Positions 54,274 to 63,973 of a DNA stretch of 64,000 bases are shown one piece after another. The first letter of the stretch is position 1. The number at the start of each line of letters is the position of its first letter. Below the pieces are notes generated by a model. That model ran no database searches. It was not told the DNA's origin and saw nothing but the letters and a program-made list of their open reading frames with translations. This DNA is from a virus: positions 3,826 to 67,825 of the IMG/VR virus record IMGVR_UViG_3300021225_000287; one strand, given 5' to 3'. The translations under genes and the position numbers were made by a program.

Positions 54274-55204
54274 TTAATTTTTGCTCCTTTGCGGCGTGCT
54301 TGGCATATACCTCAAGCGGTACACCAAGACGTTTTGCTATAGCGACTTGCGATGCGGTCAACGTGACTTTTTTGGATGCGGTGGTTCTACCAGCCGGTGC
54401 CACAGGTGATGCCTTCTTGGGTCGTTCAAATTTTTCGGGAAACCGTTGACGAATTCCACTATCAATATTCTGATAGTACTCATCGCTGGTAGGGTCAATT
54501 CCCGAGTTCACCAATTTCTGATGCAGGCCGTAAGCAAGCGAGGTCATTTCCTCATCCTTTCCGAACCAAGGGTTGCGTGTTGCCCAGTCTTCAGCTTTTG
54601 GGTCACGAGTTCGGACAGGCGCTTCAGGCGCTGGTTGCGGATTATATACCTGAGTGTTTGTTTCTTGTAAAGACGGATTTTTCTGCGCCACAGCTTGAGC
54701 TACATAATTACTCAAACGGTCTTTTTGGATTGCCAGCTCATTAAGTTCCTTGCTCGCTTCCAAGGTACCTTCTGTATCACCTGATTCATGCGCACGGCGG
54801 TAACGATCTTCGGCGAGTTTCTGCGCCATATCGATCTTGGCCTGAGCTTCCTGAGTGTATGCCTGCTGTCCCCATGTAAGGGTTTCCTTGAGACGGTTGT
54901 TTTCCTCAAGAATAGACTGTGCAATGCGAATAGCTTCGGCATTCTGGCGCTCTAAGGCCTCCTTGGCGCGGCGCTCATCATGAATCCTATGGTTCATCTG
55001 GTTGATACGCTTTTTGACTTTTTCGGAGTAACTCTCCATTTCGTCTTCGCGATCATCCTCTTCTTCAGCGGTCAGAGGTTTACGGCCTCGGTCTTCTTCC
55101 GGGGTATCGTCTACAACCTCGATCTCAATCTCGTTGTTTGTTTCCTCCTCTTCTTGGAGGTGCGCAGGAATCTCAAATTCCTCGTTAATAATTTCTCTAG
55201 CCAT
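54266..55204 (-). CDS. Putative scaffolding protein
   Basis: Acidic coiled-coil; WATRNPWFG; ends QVAIAKRLGVPLEVYAK. Confidence 0.7.
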   Translation of the reverse strand: MAREIINEEFEIPAHLQEEEETNNEIEIEVVDDTPEEDRGRKPLTAEEEDDREDEMESYSEKVKKRINQMNHRIHDERRAKEALERQNAEAIRIAQSILEENNRLKETLTWGQQAYTQEAQAKIDMAQKLAEDRYRRAHESGDTEGTLEASKELNELAIQKDRLSNYVAQAVAQKNPSLQETNTQVYNPQPAPEAPVRTRDPKAEDWATRNPWFGKDEEMTSLAYGLHQKLVNSGIDPTSDEYYQNIDSGIRQRFPEKFERPKKASPVAPAGRTTASKKVTLTASQVAIAKRLGVPLEVYAKHAAKEQKLNG

Positions 55205-55212
55205 GACAGCTC

Positions 55213-55602
55213 CTAGTATGCGCGACCAATGCCGCGGGGATCAGCGACGACACCTTCAACCATGTCATCGTTAACAATGATGAATTCCTTACCATCAATC
55301 ATAAAACGCGAACCGGAATACGCGCGCAGGAGCACAAAGTCTCCTTCCTTACACCACGGACCCGTAGGGAACTTTTCCTTGTCGGCATAACACATAGGTC
55401 CTTGCTTCAATACAAGGCCTACAACCGCACCCGCTTCTTCCCTGCGTGTAGTCACATCTGCCAGAGCAATACCCCCATCGGTGGTCTTGTTGATCTCCGG
55501 TTTTACAACCAGCATCTTGTACCCGGTGGGATCAGGGACCCGTGAGGCCAAGTTTTCTGCTGCTTCCTGTGTCTTCTCAGCGTCAATTGCTGCTACTGAC
55601 AT
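55213..55602 (-). CDS. groES: GroES-like co-chaperonin
   Basis: PTGYKMLV...TDGGIAL...VLKQGP...KEGDFVL...YSG..F.IDGKEF.IVNDD.V.GVV. Confidence 0.8.
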   Translation of the reverse strand: MSVAAIDAEKTQEAAENLASRVPDPTGYKMLVVKPEINKTTDGGIALADVTTRREEAGAVVGLVLKQGPMCYADKEKFPTGPWCKEGDFVLLRAYSGSRFMIDGKEFIIVNDDMVEGVVADPRGIGRAY

Positions 55603-55784
55603 TAGTCTTCCTCATAGCTTTGCAGGTCTTTTACCCGTTGAAGGGCGGAGGTTAGACCCGTGATCACCCCCGTGCTATGCCGATATTCGGCATAATCCTT
55701 AGCGTTGCCATAGGCAACGGAATCTTTGTAGGACTCGATCACTTCTTCGAGTTCCCTTTGCAGTACATCAAGTACAGTAGTCAT
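55602..55784 (-). CDS. Small helical protein
   Basis: GNAKDYAEYRH..G.I.GL family, found between portal and GroES. Confidence 0.6.
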   Translation of the reverse strand: MTTVLDVLQRELEEVIESYKDSVAYGNAKDYAEYRHSTGVITGLTSALQRVKDLQSYEED

Positions 55785-55792
55785 TCAGCACC

Positions 55793-58228
55793 TTACATAG
55801 GCGGTTGTGGAGGAACAGGACCCTGCGGTCCCGGTTGAGCCATCTGCATTTCTTGCTGCTTCAGCGCTTCGGTCTGTTTTGTAGCAGTATCCATACCCTT
55901 GAACAGCAGATCCACCTTCTGCTCTTCGCCCTGCAGGAGGAGCTTGGCCTCGTTGTTGACCATGGCGATTTCTTTCTGGGTTTCGAGCTTGGCAAACTCG
56001 ATCTCCTTCTTGTCCTTGAGCTCCTGCTCCTTGAGTGCCAGCTCTTTCTGCTGCATCTGGAGGACGGGGTCCTGCATCGCCTGCTGATTCTGTTGCTGCT
56101 GCGCTTGTGCCTGATTCTGCTGAAGAAGCCGTTGCGCACCATCTGCGGACAATTTAGCGATCTGCACTTCAAGCTCCGGCGGAAGCTTCTGACCCGGTGC
56201 CGGAAGGGTTACACCCAACTGCTGCTCGATACCACGGCGATACTGGAACCCAATGTGCTCCATGATGTGCGCCTGCATGGCTTGACCGATGGCCTGTGCC
56301 TGAGGGTTCTGCCCCATGATCTGTGCAATTTTAGGGTCCTGCAGGGCTGCCTGATGTACAGCCAGATGTGCTTCGTGGTCCTGTTCAATAAATGCCTTTA
56401 CAGGCTTCATGTTGAGAACATTCATATTCTCCGTGACCGGATCGACAGGTGTCGCATCTTCCTCAACCGGAATAATCTTGTCCGCGTCTTTAATCCCCAT
56501 GGTCTGGAGGAAGCCACGATGGAGCGCTGCAAGGTTGTAAATCTGCGGAGCCTGCTGGGCCAATTGAACTGCGGCCTGATACTGAATGATCCGCTGCGCC
56601 ATGGTACTGGCATTGGGGTCACTGACCGGAATGATGTCGGTCTTCTCGTAATCTTCCTTTTTCTGTGCGCGCGTGGCGCCATAGTCCGGGTCGTACTCAT
56701 ACTCCGGTGGGGTGTAGTCCTTAATCAGCGCAGCAACGAGCTTAAACTCCTGCTCCATACTGGCATGTACGCGGGCCTGAACCGCTGACATCACCTTCAA
56801 AGTCCGCTCAAGAATCGCCAGCGTGGTACCCACCGGGGCCTCGCCATTCATCTCGTTAAGCTTTACATCGGCTACAGCCGCAAGCCTGCGCCCTTCCTCT
56901 ACAACATTCTGCAGGAGGTTGAACAGCGTTTGGCTAGGCTCTTTGTAGGGCAGGGGGAGAATGTTATCTCGGATGGATGAACCGGGAACGTCCACATCCC
57001 TCCACTCACCGGGCATGATGGGGGTATCATCGCCCTTGATTCGGAGACCCCTAGACTTGAGACCACCCGGCAGGTTGCTCAGGGTGCCTGCATCGATCAA
57101 CTGGCGGACAATACTGGTTGCGCTCTTGGTCGCACCGCCGATCAGATGGATCAAACCATAGCCGTAAGCCCCAAATCCGGGGATGTACGTGTACTGCACG
57201 AAGTGCTGGCGCGCCTGCTTGAAGGGGTCGTTCTCGTCCCAGTTGCGGCGAATCGCCAGAATCTCCTGCGTACTTTTCTCAATCGTGACAATGTAGGGGA
57301 GGGCAATACCTGTTTCTTCCCCCGTCTCCGGGTCGGTATCCTCAAACCCTTCGATATCCAGTTCAACCTGCATCTCCAAGATGCGGTAGCGGTCATCCTT
57401 CAGCGCGCTGAAACCATCAGCCTCATCCTTGCGCTTCTGAATATCATCAAAATCCTTGCCGGGCTCACCGAGCTCCACATCCCTATAGAATCCGGCGTAT
57501 TGGAGCTTCTTTACGTCGTTCTTGGTCTTACGCATCACATGGGTGATACGCGGGGCACTACGGGCATCCGATGCGCCATACGGAATGTAAAGATCTTCCG
57601 CCGGAACGAACATGCTGACCTGTCGATTGATCGACGGATCAAAGTAAACTTTCTTGAACGCAGCGCCTGCCAGTGACAGGGACCACAGCATCTTTTCATG
57701 CTCTGGGCGGAACTCGACCATTTTCTCGGTCAGGTTGTAGTTCATGTCTTCTACAACACGCGCTGCAGACTCCTGCGTTTCTCTATCATCCTTACCGACG
57801 ATCTTAGCCTTCACAGGACCCATAGCGGGGAACGTCTCGGAGATCATCTCGGACTGGAAGCGAATCGCTGCTTCAGTCAGCATGGGGTGGTACACCCCGC
57901 AGGCTCCATTCCAAGGCTCGGTACGCTCTTCCATGGATAGACCCAACAGGTCCAGACCATCTACGTAAGTCTGTTCCCAGTCCCTACGCGCATTGCGATC
58001 ATTATCAAAGTCATCCATCAGCTCTGCAGCGATGGAATCCAACACCGAAAGATCGATGTACTCTGCAAGGTTGGCATCGAATGACGGCTCTTCTTCCACA
58101 TCGATCTCGGCCTCAAACACATCCTCCCCATCTTCGGGACCAATCACAACCTCAATGGGCTGATCATCATCCTGCAGGAATGGAGACTGCGGGAGCATCG
58201 TCTTATCAATATTGGAAGGAGCTGCCAT
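55793..58228 (-). CDS. Portal protein
   Basis: 811 aa; G.AFKKVYFD, PGFG.YG.GL, LPYKEPS, PVGTT; Gln-rich barrel-like tail. Confidence 0.85.
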   Translation of the reverse strand: MAAPSNIDKTMLPQSPFLQDDDQPIEVVIGPEDGEDVFEAEIDVEEEPSFDANLAEYIDLSVLDSIAAELMDDFDNDRNARRDWEQTYVDGLDLLGLSMEERTEPWNGACGVYHPMLTEAAIRFQSEMISETFPAMGPVKAKIVGKDDRETQESAARVVEDMNYNLTEKMVEFRPEHEKMLWSLSLAGAAFKKVYFDPSINRQVSMFVPAEDLYIPYGASDARSAPRITHVMRKTKNDVKKLQYAGFYRDVELGEPGKDFDDIQKRKDEADGFSALKDDRYRILEMQVELDIEGFEDTDPETGEETGIALPYIVTIEKSTQEILAIRRNWDENDPFKQARQHFVQYTYIPGFGAYGYGLIHLIGGATKSATSIVRQLIDAGTLSNLPGGLKSRGLRIKGDDTPIMPGEWRDVDVPGSSIRDNILPLPYKEPSQTLFNLLQNVVEEGRRLAAVADVKLNEMNGEAPVGTTLAILERTLKVMSAVQARVHASMEQEFKLVAALIKDYTPPEYEYDPDYGATRAQKKEDYEKTDIIPVSDPNASTMAQRIIQYQAAVQLAQQAPQIYNLAALHRGFLQTMGIKDADKIIPVEEDATPVDPVTENMNVLNMKPVKAFIEQDHEAHLAVHQAALQDPKIAQIMGQNPQAQAIGQAMQAHIMEHIGFQYRRGIEQQLGVTLPAPGQKLPPELEVQIAKLSADGAQRLLQQNQAQAQQQQNQQAMQDPVLQMQQKELALKEQELKDKKEIEFAKLETQKEIAMVNNEAKLLLQGEEQKVDLLFKGMDTATKQTEALKQQEMQMAQPGPQGPVPPQPPM

Positions 58229-58236
58229 GTGGATAC

Positions 58237-58617
58237 CTATAGAATTTCGAGAAGCTTTTCGAGATAGTGCTGGGCCTTAGCGATGTCTTCCTTGAACTCG
58301 CCTTTCTCACCTGCGCGCATGATATATGCTAACGCGGAGTGGCGATAATAACCAATTGCCTGTTCTTTGGGGCCTTGGTCAACGACCTCCCACGGTTGAA
58401 TGTCCATTTTCTTGTAGTGATCACCACCGATCTGGCGGTTCTGGGCTTTACCTGCAGTCATCTGCTTTACGTTTTCTACACCCATATCTTCATTAAACCT
58501 CTGCTGCTCCACAGGGTCACCGTACCAACGGCTGTAGTCTTTATCCGCCATGTCCTCGATCTCACACAATTTTTCCTGCTTCACGCTCATCTTCCTCAGG
58601 TGTATGTACATGTTCAA
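58237..58617 (-). CDS. DUF3310 (T7 gp1.7/SaV-like) protein
   Basis: QIGGDHY...IQPWE...YIMRAGEKG..EDIAKA.HYL. Confidence 0.75.
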   Translation of the reverse strand: MNMYIHLRKMSVKQEKLCEIEDMADKDYSRWYGDPVEQQRFNEDMGVENVKQMTAGKAQNRQIGGDHYKKMDIQPWEVVDQGPKEQAIGYYRHSALAYIMRAGEKGEFKEDIAKAQHYLEKLLEIL

Positions 58618-60134
58618 TAGTAACTGGCCTTCCGCCCTTTATAGAGCCCATACTCGTACTCCTCCTCATCACGCACCGTACCAATGAACCCACCTGCACG
58701 GAACCGAGCCAGCGCCAAACTCACACAATCCACAAAGTCATCATGGCGCCCAGAGGGAAAGCTCGCGACTTCATCAATCAGCTCTTCAGCCCAACGAGTT
58801 TGAGGCGCCCAGACCTTCCCTGAGGCAAATATGTCCGCTACAGCGTTTAAGCGCGTGATTTTGTCGTTTCCGCGGGTCGGGGTGTACTCCTGTACAGGCA
58901 CGCCCATTCGCCTCATCTCGTAGATCAGAGGAGCTCCTGAGGCCTTTTTCTCGATAATAATCGAGTCAGGTTCCCATTCCTTGTAAAACTCCAGCACGCG
59001 CTCCTTCAAATCAGGAAATTCAAGTCGTTCTCGCCAAGCTTCCAGTAGCATCAGGTTCGGCTGCCCTCCATCCGAGTCATTAGTCCACACACCGAACACC
59101 ACAATGGCCGAATAGTCGGCGCTGGTCTTCTTTTCAAAGGCCGTATCAAGGGTCATCAGGATAAAATCGGGCGCCGGAGGGTTCTTTTCTGTCCACGGTT
59201 GCCACCACTCGCGTTTTACGATGGCATTGGCCTCCGATGTCGGCTGTTGCTGGTACTGAGCCTGCCATTTACCCGGCGGAATTTCGTTTCGTACCGCCTC
59301 AAGCTCTTCAAGAGACCAAAACTCAGGCCAAAGTGGCTTACCGCTAGGGAGAATCGCCGGAAATTCGATGACTTCCCACTTATCGCCGTTGTTCTTGGCA
59401 CTATGCTCGAGGATTTGCCCGGTCAGGTCACGCAGTGACCAGCGTGTCATGACGATAATGATGGCTCCGCCCGGTTGTAAGCGCTGACGAGGTCCAGATG
59501 TATACCAACTGAAGACCTTATCGTAGATCTCCGGGTTGAACTGGGCTAAGACCGCTTCCCCTTCCGAGTGTGGGTCATCGATAATAAGCAGATCGGCACC
59601 GCGACCAGTAACTGTACCGCCAACACCAGAAGCAAAATACTCACCGTTATAGTTTGTATTCCAACGCCCAGCAGCTTTTGAGTCAGTTCTAAGCTCAAGT
59701 TCTGGAAATATGCGCCGATATTCACTGGAGTCCACCAAGTTACGTACTTTACGACCGAATCCTTCCGCGAGCTCCGCTGTGTTGGAGATCTGCATGATCT
59801 TTTTCTTGGGGTACTGCCCCAGAAACCATGCCGGAAGGAGGTATGAGGCAAACTCAGACTTGGTATGTCGAGGCCCTAGGTTGATGATAATACGCTTTTT
59901 CTCGCCGCGAGCTACCGCTTCAAACAGCCTTGCTATGCGCCTATGGTGCGCACCGGAGATAAAATCAGGCCATACCGATTCTACGAAGGGAATGAATTCT
60001 TTTTGCGCTCTCGCGCGCGTTTTGCGCGTATGCAGTTCACCCAGCAGGGTCTCAAGTTTTTTGCGCTGATCGGCATTGGCTACGGAAAGTAGCTGCTCAT
60101 ATTCATCCGGGTCGATGTGCTCTAGATCAAACAC
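58614..60134 (-). CDS. terL: Terminase large subunit
   Basis: GPRHTKSE, TGRGADLLIIDDP, MTRW, AQYQQ.P, DTAF, IEKKASG, HDDFVD. Confidence 0.92.
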   Translation of the reverse strand: MFDLEHIDPDEYEQLLSVANADQRKKLETLLGELHTRKTRARAQKEFIPFVESVWPDFISGAHHRRIARLFEAVARGEKKRIIINLGPRHTKSEFASYLLPAWFLGQYPKKKIMQISNTAELAEGFGRKVRNLVDSSEYRRIFPELELRTDSKAAGRWNTNYNGEYFASGVGGTVTGRGADLLIIDDPHSEGEAVLAQFNPEIYDKVFSWYTSGPRQRLQPGGAIIIVMTRWSLRDLTGQILEHSAKNNGDKWEVIEFPAILPSGKPLWPEFWSLEELEAVRNEIPPGKWQAQYQQQPTSEANAIVKREWWQPWTEKNPPAPDFILMTLDTAFEKKTSADYSAIVVFGVWTNDSDGGQPNLMLLEAWRERLEFPDLKERVLEFYKEWEPDSIIIEKKASGAPLIYEMRRMGVPVQEYTPTRGNDKITRLNAVADIFASGKVWAPQTRWAEELIDEVASFPSGRHDDFVDCVSLALARFRAGGFIGTVRDEEEYEYGLYKGRKASYY

Positions 60135-60681
60135 GCTCGGCGGTCCCCGTGATTACCTTCTCGCTGGCTTTCGCTTTTAAGGAGGCGAATAAGTCTTTGA
60201 GCTCCTTGTTCAGCTCCTCATCCGACCGAGTGGTGATGTTGATCTCCTTTTTCTCCACCATGAGATTGGCCGCTGATGATTTGGCAATCGAGTCGAGTGC
60301 AGCTTTTGCGATCTTAGGATCAGGATCGTTCGCCAACGTGTACCACTTCATCAGTACGAAATTCTTCCACTGCTCTTCCGTAACAGGCATAGGGAAGTCA
60401 TACCGCTTGAATTCGGTACGCAGGTACTTCTCAGCCGCGCGGGAAGGCGCGGGAGCCAAAGGTTGCCCGTTCTCCAAAGTCTCGTTGACCCATGCCATCT
60501 CGGCATCGGAGAGTTTTTCAGGTTCCTTTACAACGATTGGTTTTGGTCGAGGTTCCGGCACAGGTCTAGGTGGCGGAGGAGGGGGTGCAGGGGGTTGGCC
60601 GTTTTGAAATTCGGCAGTAGCAAACACCGAGCTCAGGTGCTCGGGAGGGATGGGACCCAAAGGGATAATGAAGTCGTCCAT
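60127..60681 (-). CDS. Putative terminase small subunit
   Basis: Overlaps the terL start; helical with KAALDSIAK; assigned from position only. Confidence 0.45.
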   Translation of the reverse strand: MDDFIIPLGPIPPEHLSSVFATAEFQNGQPPAPPPPPPRPVPEPRPKPIVVKEPEKLSDAEMAWVNETLENGQPLAPAPSRAAEKYLRTEFKRYDFPMPVTEEQWKNFVLMKWYTLANDPDPKIAKAALDSIAKSSAANLMVEKKEINITTRSDEELNKELKDLFASLKAKASEKVITGTAERV

Positions 60682-60717
60682 AAATTGTAAGCAGGGTAAG
60701 GAGGCCCAGATAGCAGC

Positions 60718-60746
60718 ACGCTACCGCAGGATGCGGCGGGTGTCAA
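60718..60746 (-). promoter_or_regulatory. Putative sigma70 promoter for the terminase operon
   Basis: TTGACA-17 nt-TAGCGT. Confidence 0.45.
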
Positions 60747-61252
60747 GAACCGTCACGCAGGGTGGGTTGAAACGTGTGGTACTTCTTCTTACCTTCCAAA
60801 TAGGCCTGATGCGCTTCTTCTGGAGTTCTATAGTGACCAAGAGTAATGTATTTACCTTTAACCGTGACACCCGCCCGGTAGTAGCCATTAACAAAAGCCA
60901 CGCCAACGTACCCATGTTTATTGAATTCGTTTTTTCTGTTTTGGTGGTTTTCGTGGGGATCACATAGGCGCAAATTGCTGTAGCGATTGTCTAACCCGTT
61001 TCCGTTTATATGGTCTATGTGTTTACTAGGCCACTTACCAGTCATATAGAAAACAGCCCATTGATGGGTGTAGCGGCGTACACCCAAAAGCATTATGGTT
61101 CTGTATAGACCTTTGCGAGTGTCTGCTGTTTGGCCGCCCGCTTCTTCGCCTATTTTCACCCTGTTGGCATTCGGGGGTCTAGAACGCCACACAAAAATTC
61201 CTGTATCTGGGTCGTAGTCTAAGTACTCTAGAAGCTTTGCGTGCTCGATCAT
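60743..61252 (-). CDS. HNH-AP2 homing endonuclease
   Basis: YDPDTGIFVW, IDHINGNGLDNRYSNLR, AP2-like GYVGV...YRA...LGHY.TPEEAHQAY. Confidence 0.88.
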   Translation of the reverse strand: MIEHAKLLEYLDYDPDTGIFVWRSRPPNANRVKIGEEAGGQTADTRKGLYRTIMLLGVRRYTHQWAVFYMTGKWPSKHIDHINGNGLDNRYSNLRLCDPHENHQNRKNEFNKHGYVGVAFVNGYYRAGVTVKGKYITLGHYRTPEEAHQAYLEGKKKYHTFQPTLRDGS

Positions 61253-61280
61253 ATACATCTCCAAATTAAATGTATGAAGG

Positions 61281-61309
61281 AGTATATAATGCGTTTTGAT
61301 TTTTTGCAA
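61281..61309 (-). promoter_or_regulatory. Putative sigma70 promoter
   Basis: TTGCAA-17 nt-TATACT. Confidence 0.55.
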
Positions 61310-62059
61310 AAATTTTTTGCGTATGGGACCCAGTCTGGAGTCCCAAGTTTAAAATTGCTCGTACACTGTCAAGAATACTATTTAAGTCGCGCCAGAGGGA
61401 CCCATTGGATCAAGGGGCCTCCCACCCCCGGTGGGGTCCGCGCTTCGCCACCGTCTGGACCGCTAAAAGTATCGAGCCGCGATGGTTTCGAGTCAATGCG
61501 ATGCACTAAAAGTACGCAACCCGCGTGAGCCGTGAAATGTAAGGGATACAAGGCGGAACGTATCGACGGGACGGGAAAATCAAAAGCACGCAAGGCATTG
61601 ATTTATAAAGAGGAAAGCTTTGTTTGTTATATATATATTTAATCATTAAATAATAATATAATAACAGCCCCCTGTAGCAACCTTAAAAACCCTACTTTTT
61701 ATGTGGTTATTTATCTCTTATAGGGGCAATGTCCTTTTAAGGGGCTGTGCATATTTCCGTTTTTTAGCAGAGCGAACTAATACATACCACAAAAACCTAA
61801 ATACCCTTACTATTCAAGCGCTTGCGTAAGTTGAATACTCACGCGCCGTCCATACACAAAACCCTGTAAACATTACAACCCGCACACTATAAGGTTTGCG
61901 TATTTTAGCGCTAACTCCCTAAAAATTGGTTCAAATGCCCCGTTTTCCTTAAAAATCATGGTTTTAGCGGTTCAAATGCACCACTAGAATATTCCTTGCA
62001 TCCCTTGTCATTCATGTTATACTCTAAGCTCACTCAACAAAGCATAGGGACACAAACCC
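61310..62059. other. AT-rich non-coding divergent control region (possible origin or packaging/terminus region)
   Basis: No credible ORF; (AT)n run near 61625-61665; hairpins; IHF-like sites; transcription diverges here. Confidence 0.55.
61996..62023 (+). promoter_or_regulatory. Putative extended -10 sigma70 promoter
   Basis: TTGCAT-16 nt-TATACT with TG at 62015-62016. Confidence 0.55.
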
Positions 62060-62317
62060 ATGAAACACACAAAAAAGACAATCCGCCTTCAGTTCACCGT
62101 GCACCCTGAGTATGCGGATAAGATTAAAAGAGCAAACACTGACCCATTTGACTCAGATTCAGTATATCTTATGAAGCTGATAGACCGCGAACTAGCATCA
62201 TTGGGCATTCAAAAACCCTTGCCAGAGTCTAAGTCAACCCCTGAAACACTCAACAAAGATACGGAAAACACTCAAAGCAACCCGGTTTTTGATGCATGGG
62301 GAAGCTTTGAAGAGTAA
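62060..62317 (+). CDS. Possible ribbon-helix-helix DNA-binding protein
   Basis: KKTIRLQFTVHPEYADKIK...YLMKLIDREL pattern. Confidence 0.45.
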   Translation: MKHTKKTIRLQFTVHPEYADKIKRANTDPFDSDSVYLMKLIDRELASLGIQKPLPESKSTPETLNKDTENTQSNPVFDAWGSFEE

Positions 62318-62323
62318 AAAAGC

Positions 62324-62353
62324 TTGACAGGACAAATTTCCTTGTTTTAAGCT
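62324..62353 (+). promoter_or_regulatory. Putative sigma70 promoter
   Basis: TTGACA-18 nt-TAAGCT. Confidence 0.45.
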
Positions 62354-62436
62354 TACAAACAACGGGGACGCGGTCCCCAGACTTTAACAAAGCGCGGGCG
62401 CTTTCTATGGTGCCCGCCATAACCCGGAGAGACACC

Positions 62437-62682
62437 ATGAAGCAAGAAACCATGAATAAGAAAATCGCCGTTTTATTATCCGGTGGCACTATAAAGCTGA
62501 AAGACGGCGGGATAGTGCTTATATCGCCAAAACAAGAACAACAACTATTTAATACACTCCACCGAGACTATGGCGTGCAATGGATGACAATCAAGAAGAT
62601 TGCGCAAGGCAAACTGTCCATCGTGTGCGAGCGGTTCCACAAAGGGAACGTGATAATTGACGCCACCATAGAAACCTATTAA
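62437..62682 (+). CDS. Hypothetical early protein
   Basis: GGAG RBS in the TAACCCGGAGA leader. Confidence 0.55.
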   Translation: MKQETMNKKIAVLLSGGTIKLKDGGIVLISPKQEQQLFNTLHRDYGVQWMTIKKIAQGKLSIVCERFHKGNVIIDATIETY

Positions 62683-62698
62683 CCCGGAGACTCGAACC

Positions 62699-63568
62699 AT
62701 GCAAACCAAAACCTTCACCACCGAAACCTATACCCGCCTAATGGCTATCGCCCAGTCTATTCAGACTGGCACCAATGCCGACACCATCGCGCTAATCGAT
62801 CAATTAATCGCCTTCAAAACCCGCGAGAATAAACCCGCTTGGATACGTGAGATGGGCAAATTAAAGGCCATCATTCAGACGGGCGCGCCCGCGTATCCTA
62901 TCTTCAAGCTTGATGGTAATGGAAAACTCCCATTCGCCGCTTATTCATCCCTTCCCGGCGTTACTTGTCCGGGTGCGGGATCTTGCCTTGATTGGTGCTA
63001 TTCATTTAAGGCATGGCGTTATCCCGCCGCCTTCGCTCGCATGGCACAAAATGCATGGTTGATGACTCATAACCCGCAAGTAATCGCGCAAGCTTTCCGG
63101 GATATCCCTTCGGACATTAAAACCCTTAGGTTGTATGTTGATGGCGATTTTGCCAGTGTTCAAGACGTTTCATTTTGGATGGAACTCATCCGCTCGCGTC
63201 CTACGCTCGAAGTCTATGGATATTCCAAAAGCTTTCGGGAACTTCTCGCATATAACGATACGCTCGCCTATGGTCAGGAGTGGTCTAAAAACTACATTCT
63301 AAATTTAAGCGGCGGACACGCGCATGCTATCCACATAGTGGAGGAAATGAGATCTCTGCCAATCACGCGCGGGACGTTCGACGCTGTATCCATCGGACGC
63401 AAGGTTAAGTCTACCGATCATGGCAAGCCGTCAACTAATGCGGCGATACGCGCCAAAGCCGGGAAGGTTTTCCCATGTCCGGGCAAGTGTGGATCATGTA
63501 CACCCAAAGGGCATGCCTGTGGCTCGGATCGTTTCCGTAATATCCCCATCGTGATCGCCGTACATTAA
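62699..63568 (+). CDS. GP88-like protein (radical-SAM-like Cys motif)
   Basis: GNGKL, LPGVTCPGAGSCLDWCY, RLYVDGDF, YGYSKS, CPGKCGSC. Confidence 0.7.
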   Translation: MQTKTFTTETYTRLMAIAQSIQTGTNADTIALIDQLIAFKTRENKPAWIREMGKLKAIIQTGAPAYPIFKLDGNGKLPFAAYSSLPGVTCPGAGSCLDWCYSFKAWRYPAAFARMAQNAWLMTHNPQVIAQAFRDIPSDIKTLRLYVDGDFASVQDVSFWMELIRSRPTLEVYGYSKSFRELLAYNDTLAYGQEWSKNYILNLSGGHAHAIHIVEEMRSLPITRGTFDAVSIGRKVKSTDHGKPSTNAAIRAKAGKVFPCPGKCGSCTPKGHACGSDRFRNIPIVIAVH

Positions 63569-63588
63569 AACCAAAAGAGGATCAAACC

Positions 63589-63819
63589 ATGCAATTTTGT
63601 GAAGTAAAACCCGGCGCATATTTCAGCGCATGTAAATATGGAAACCCTTGCATATTCCAGAAAACAAGCGAAACAACGGCGGATTATATCGCCATCAAAA
63701 AAGGCCTTTTGGTTTGGCACGATATCGATTGGTATGACCCGCTTGACGCGGTGACCGAGTTCGAGCCGAGCGATAGCGTGACTATCGGAAGCGATGTCGA
63801 AGACTACCTATACAATTAA
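63589..63819 (+). CDS. Hypothetical early protein
   Basis: GAGG RBS. Confidence 0.55.
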   Translation: MQFCEVKPGAYFSACKYGNPCIFQKTSETTADYIAIKKGLLVWHDIDWYDPLDAVTEFEPSDSVTIGSDVEDYLYN

Positions 63820-63832
63820 AAGGATCAAGACC

Positions 63833-63973
63833 ATGCAGATTATCATCGCCATTTTAGGATTCGTATCATTCACCCTTGCCATTATCGGACTAGCCGATGG
63901 CGAGGCCCTTGTAGCCCTTGCCGGGATCGCGGGACTTGTTGCCGCCTTGATGTCGGAGGATATCATCGGGTAG
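63833..63973 (+). CDS. Small two-TM membrane protein (not in ORF track)
   Basis: MQIIIAILGFVSFTLAIIGLADGEALVALAGIAGLVAALM...; AGGA RBS. Confidence 0.5.
   Translation: MQIIIAILGFVSFTLAIIGLADGEALVALAGIAGLVAALMSEDIIG

Noticed and set aside
55805-56788. 327-aa + strand ORF
   Set aside because: Antisense shadow of the Gln-rich portal gene; no motifs or RBS.
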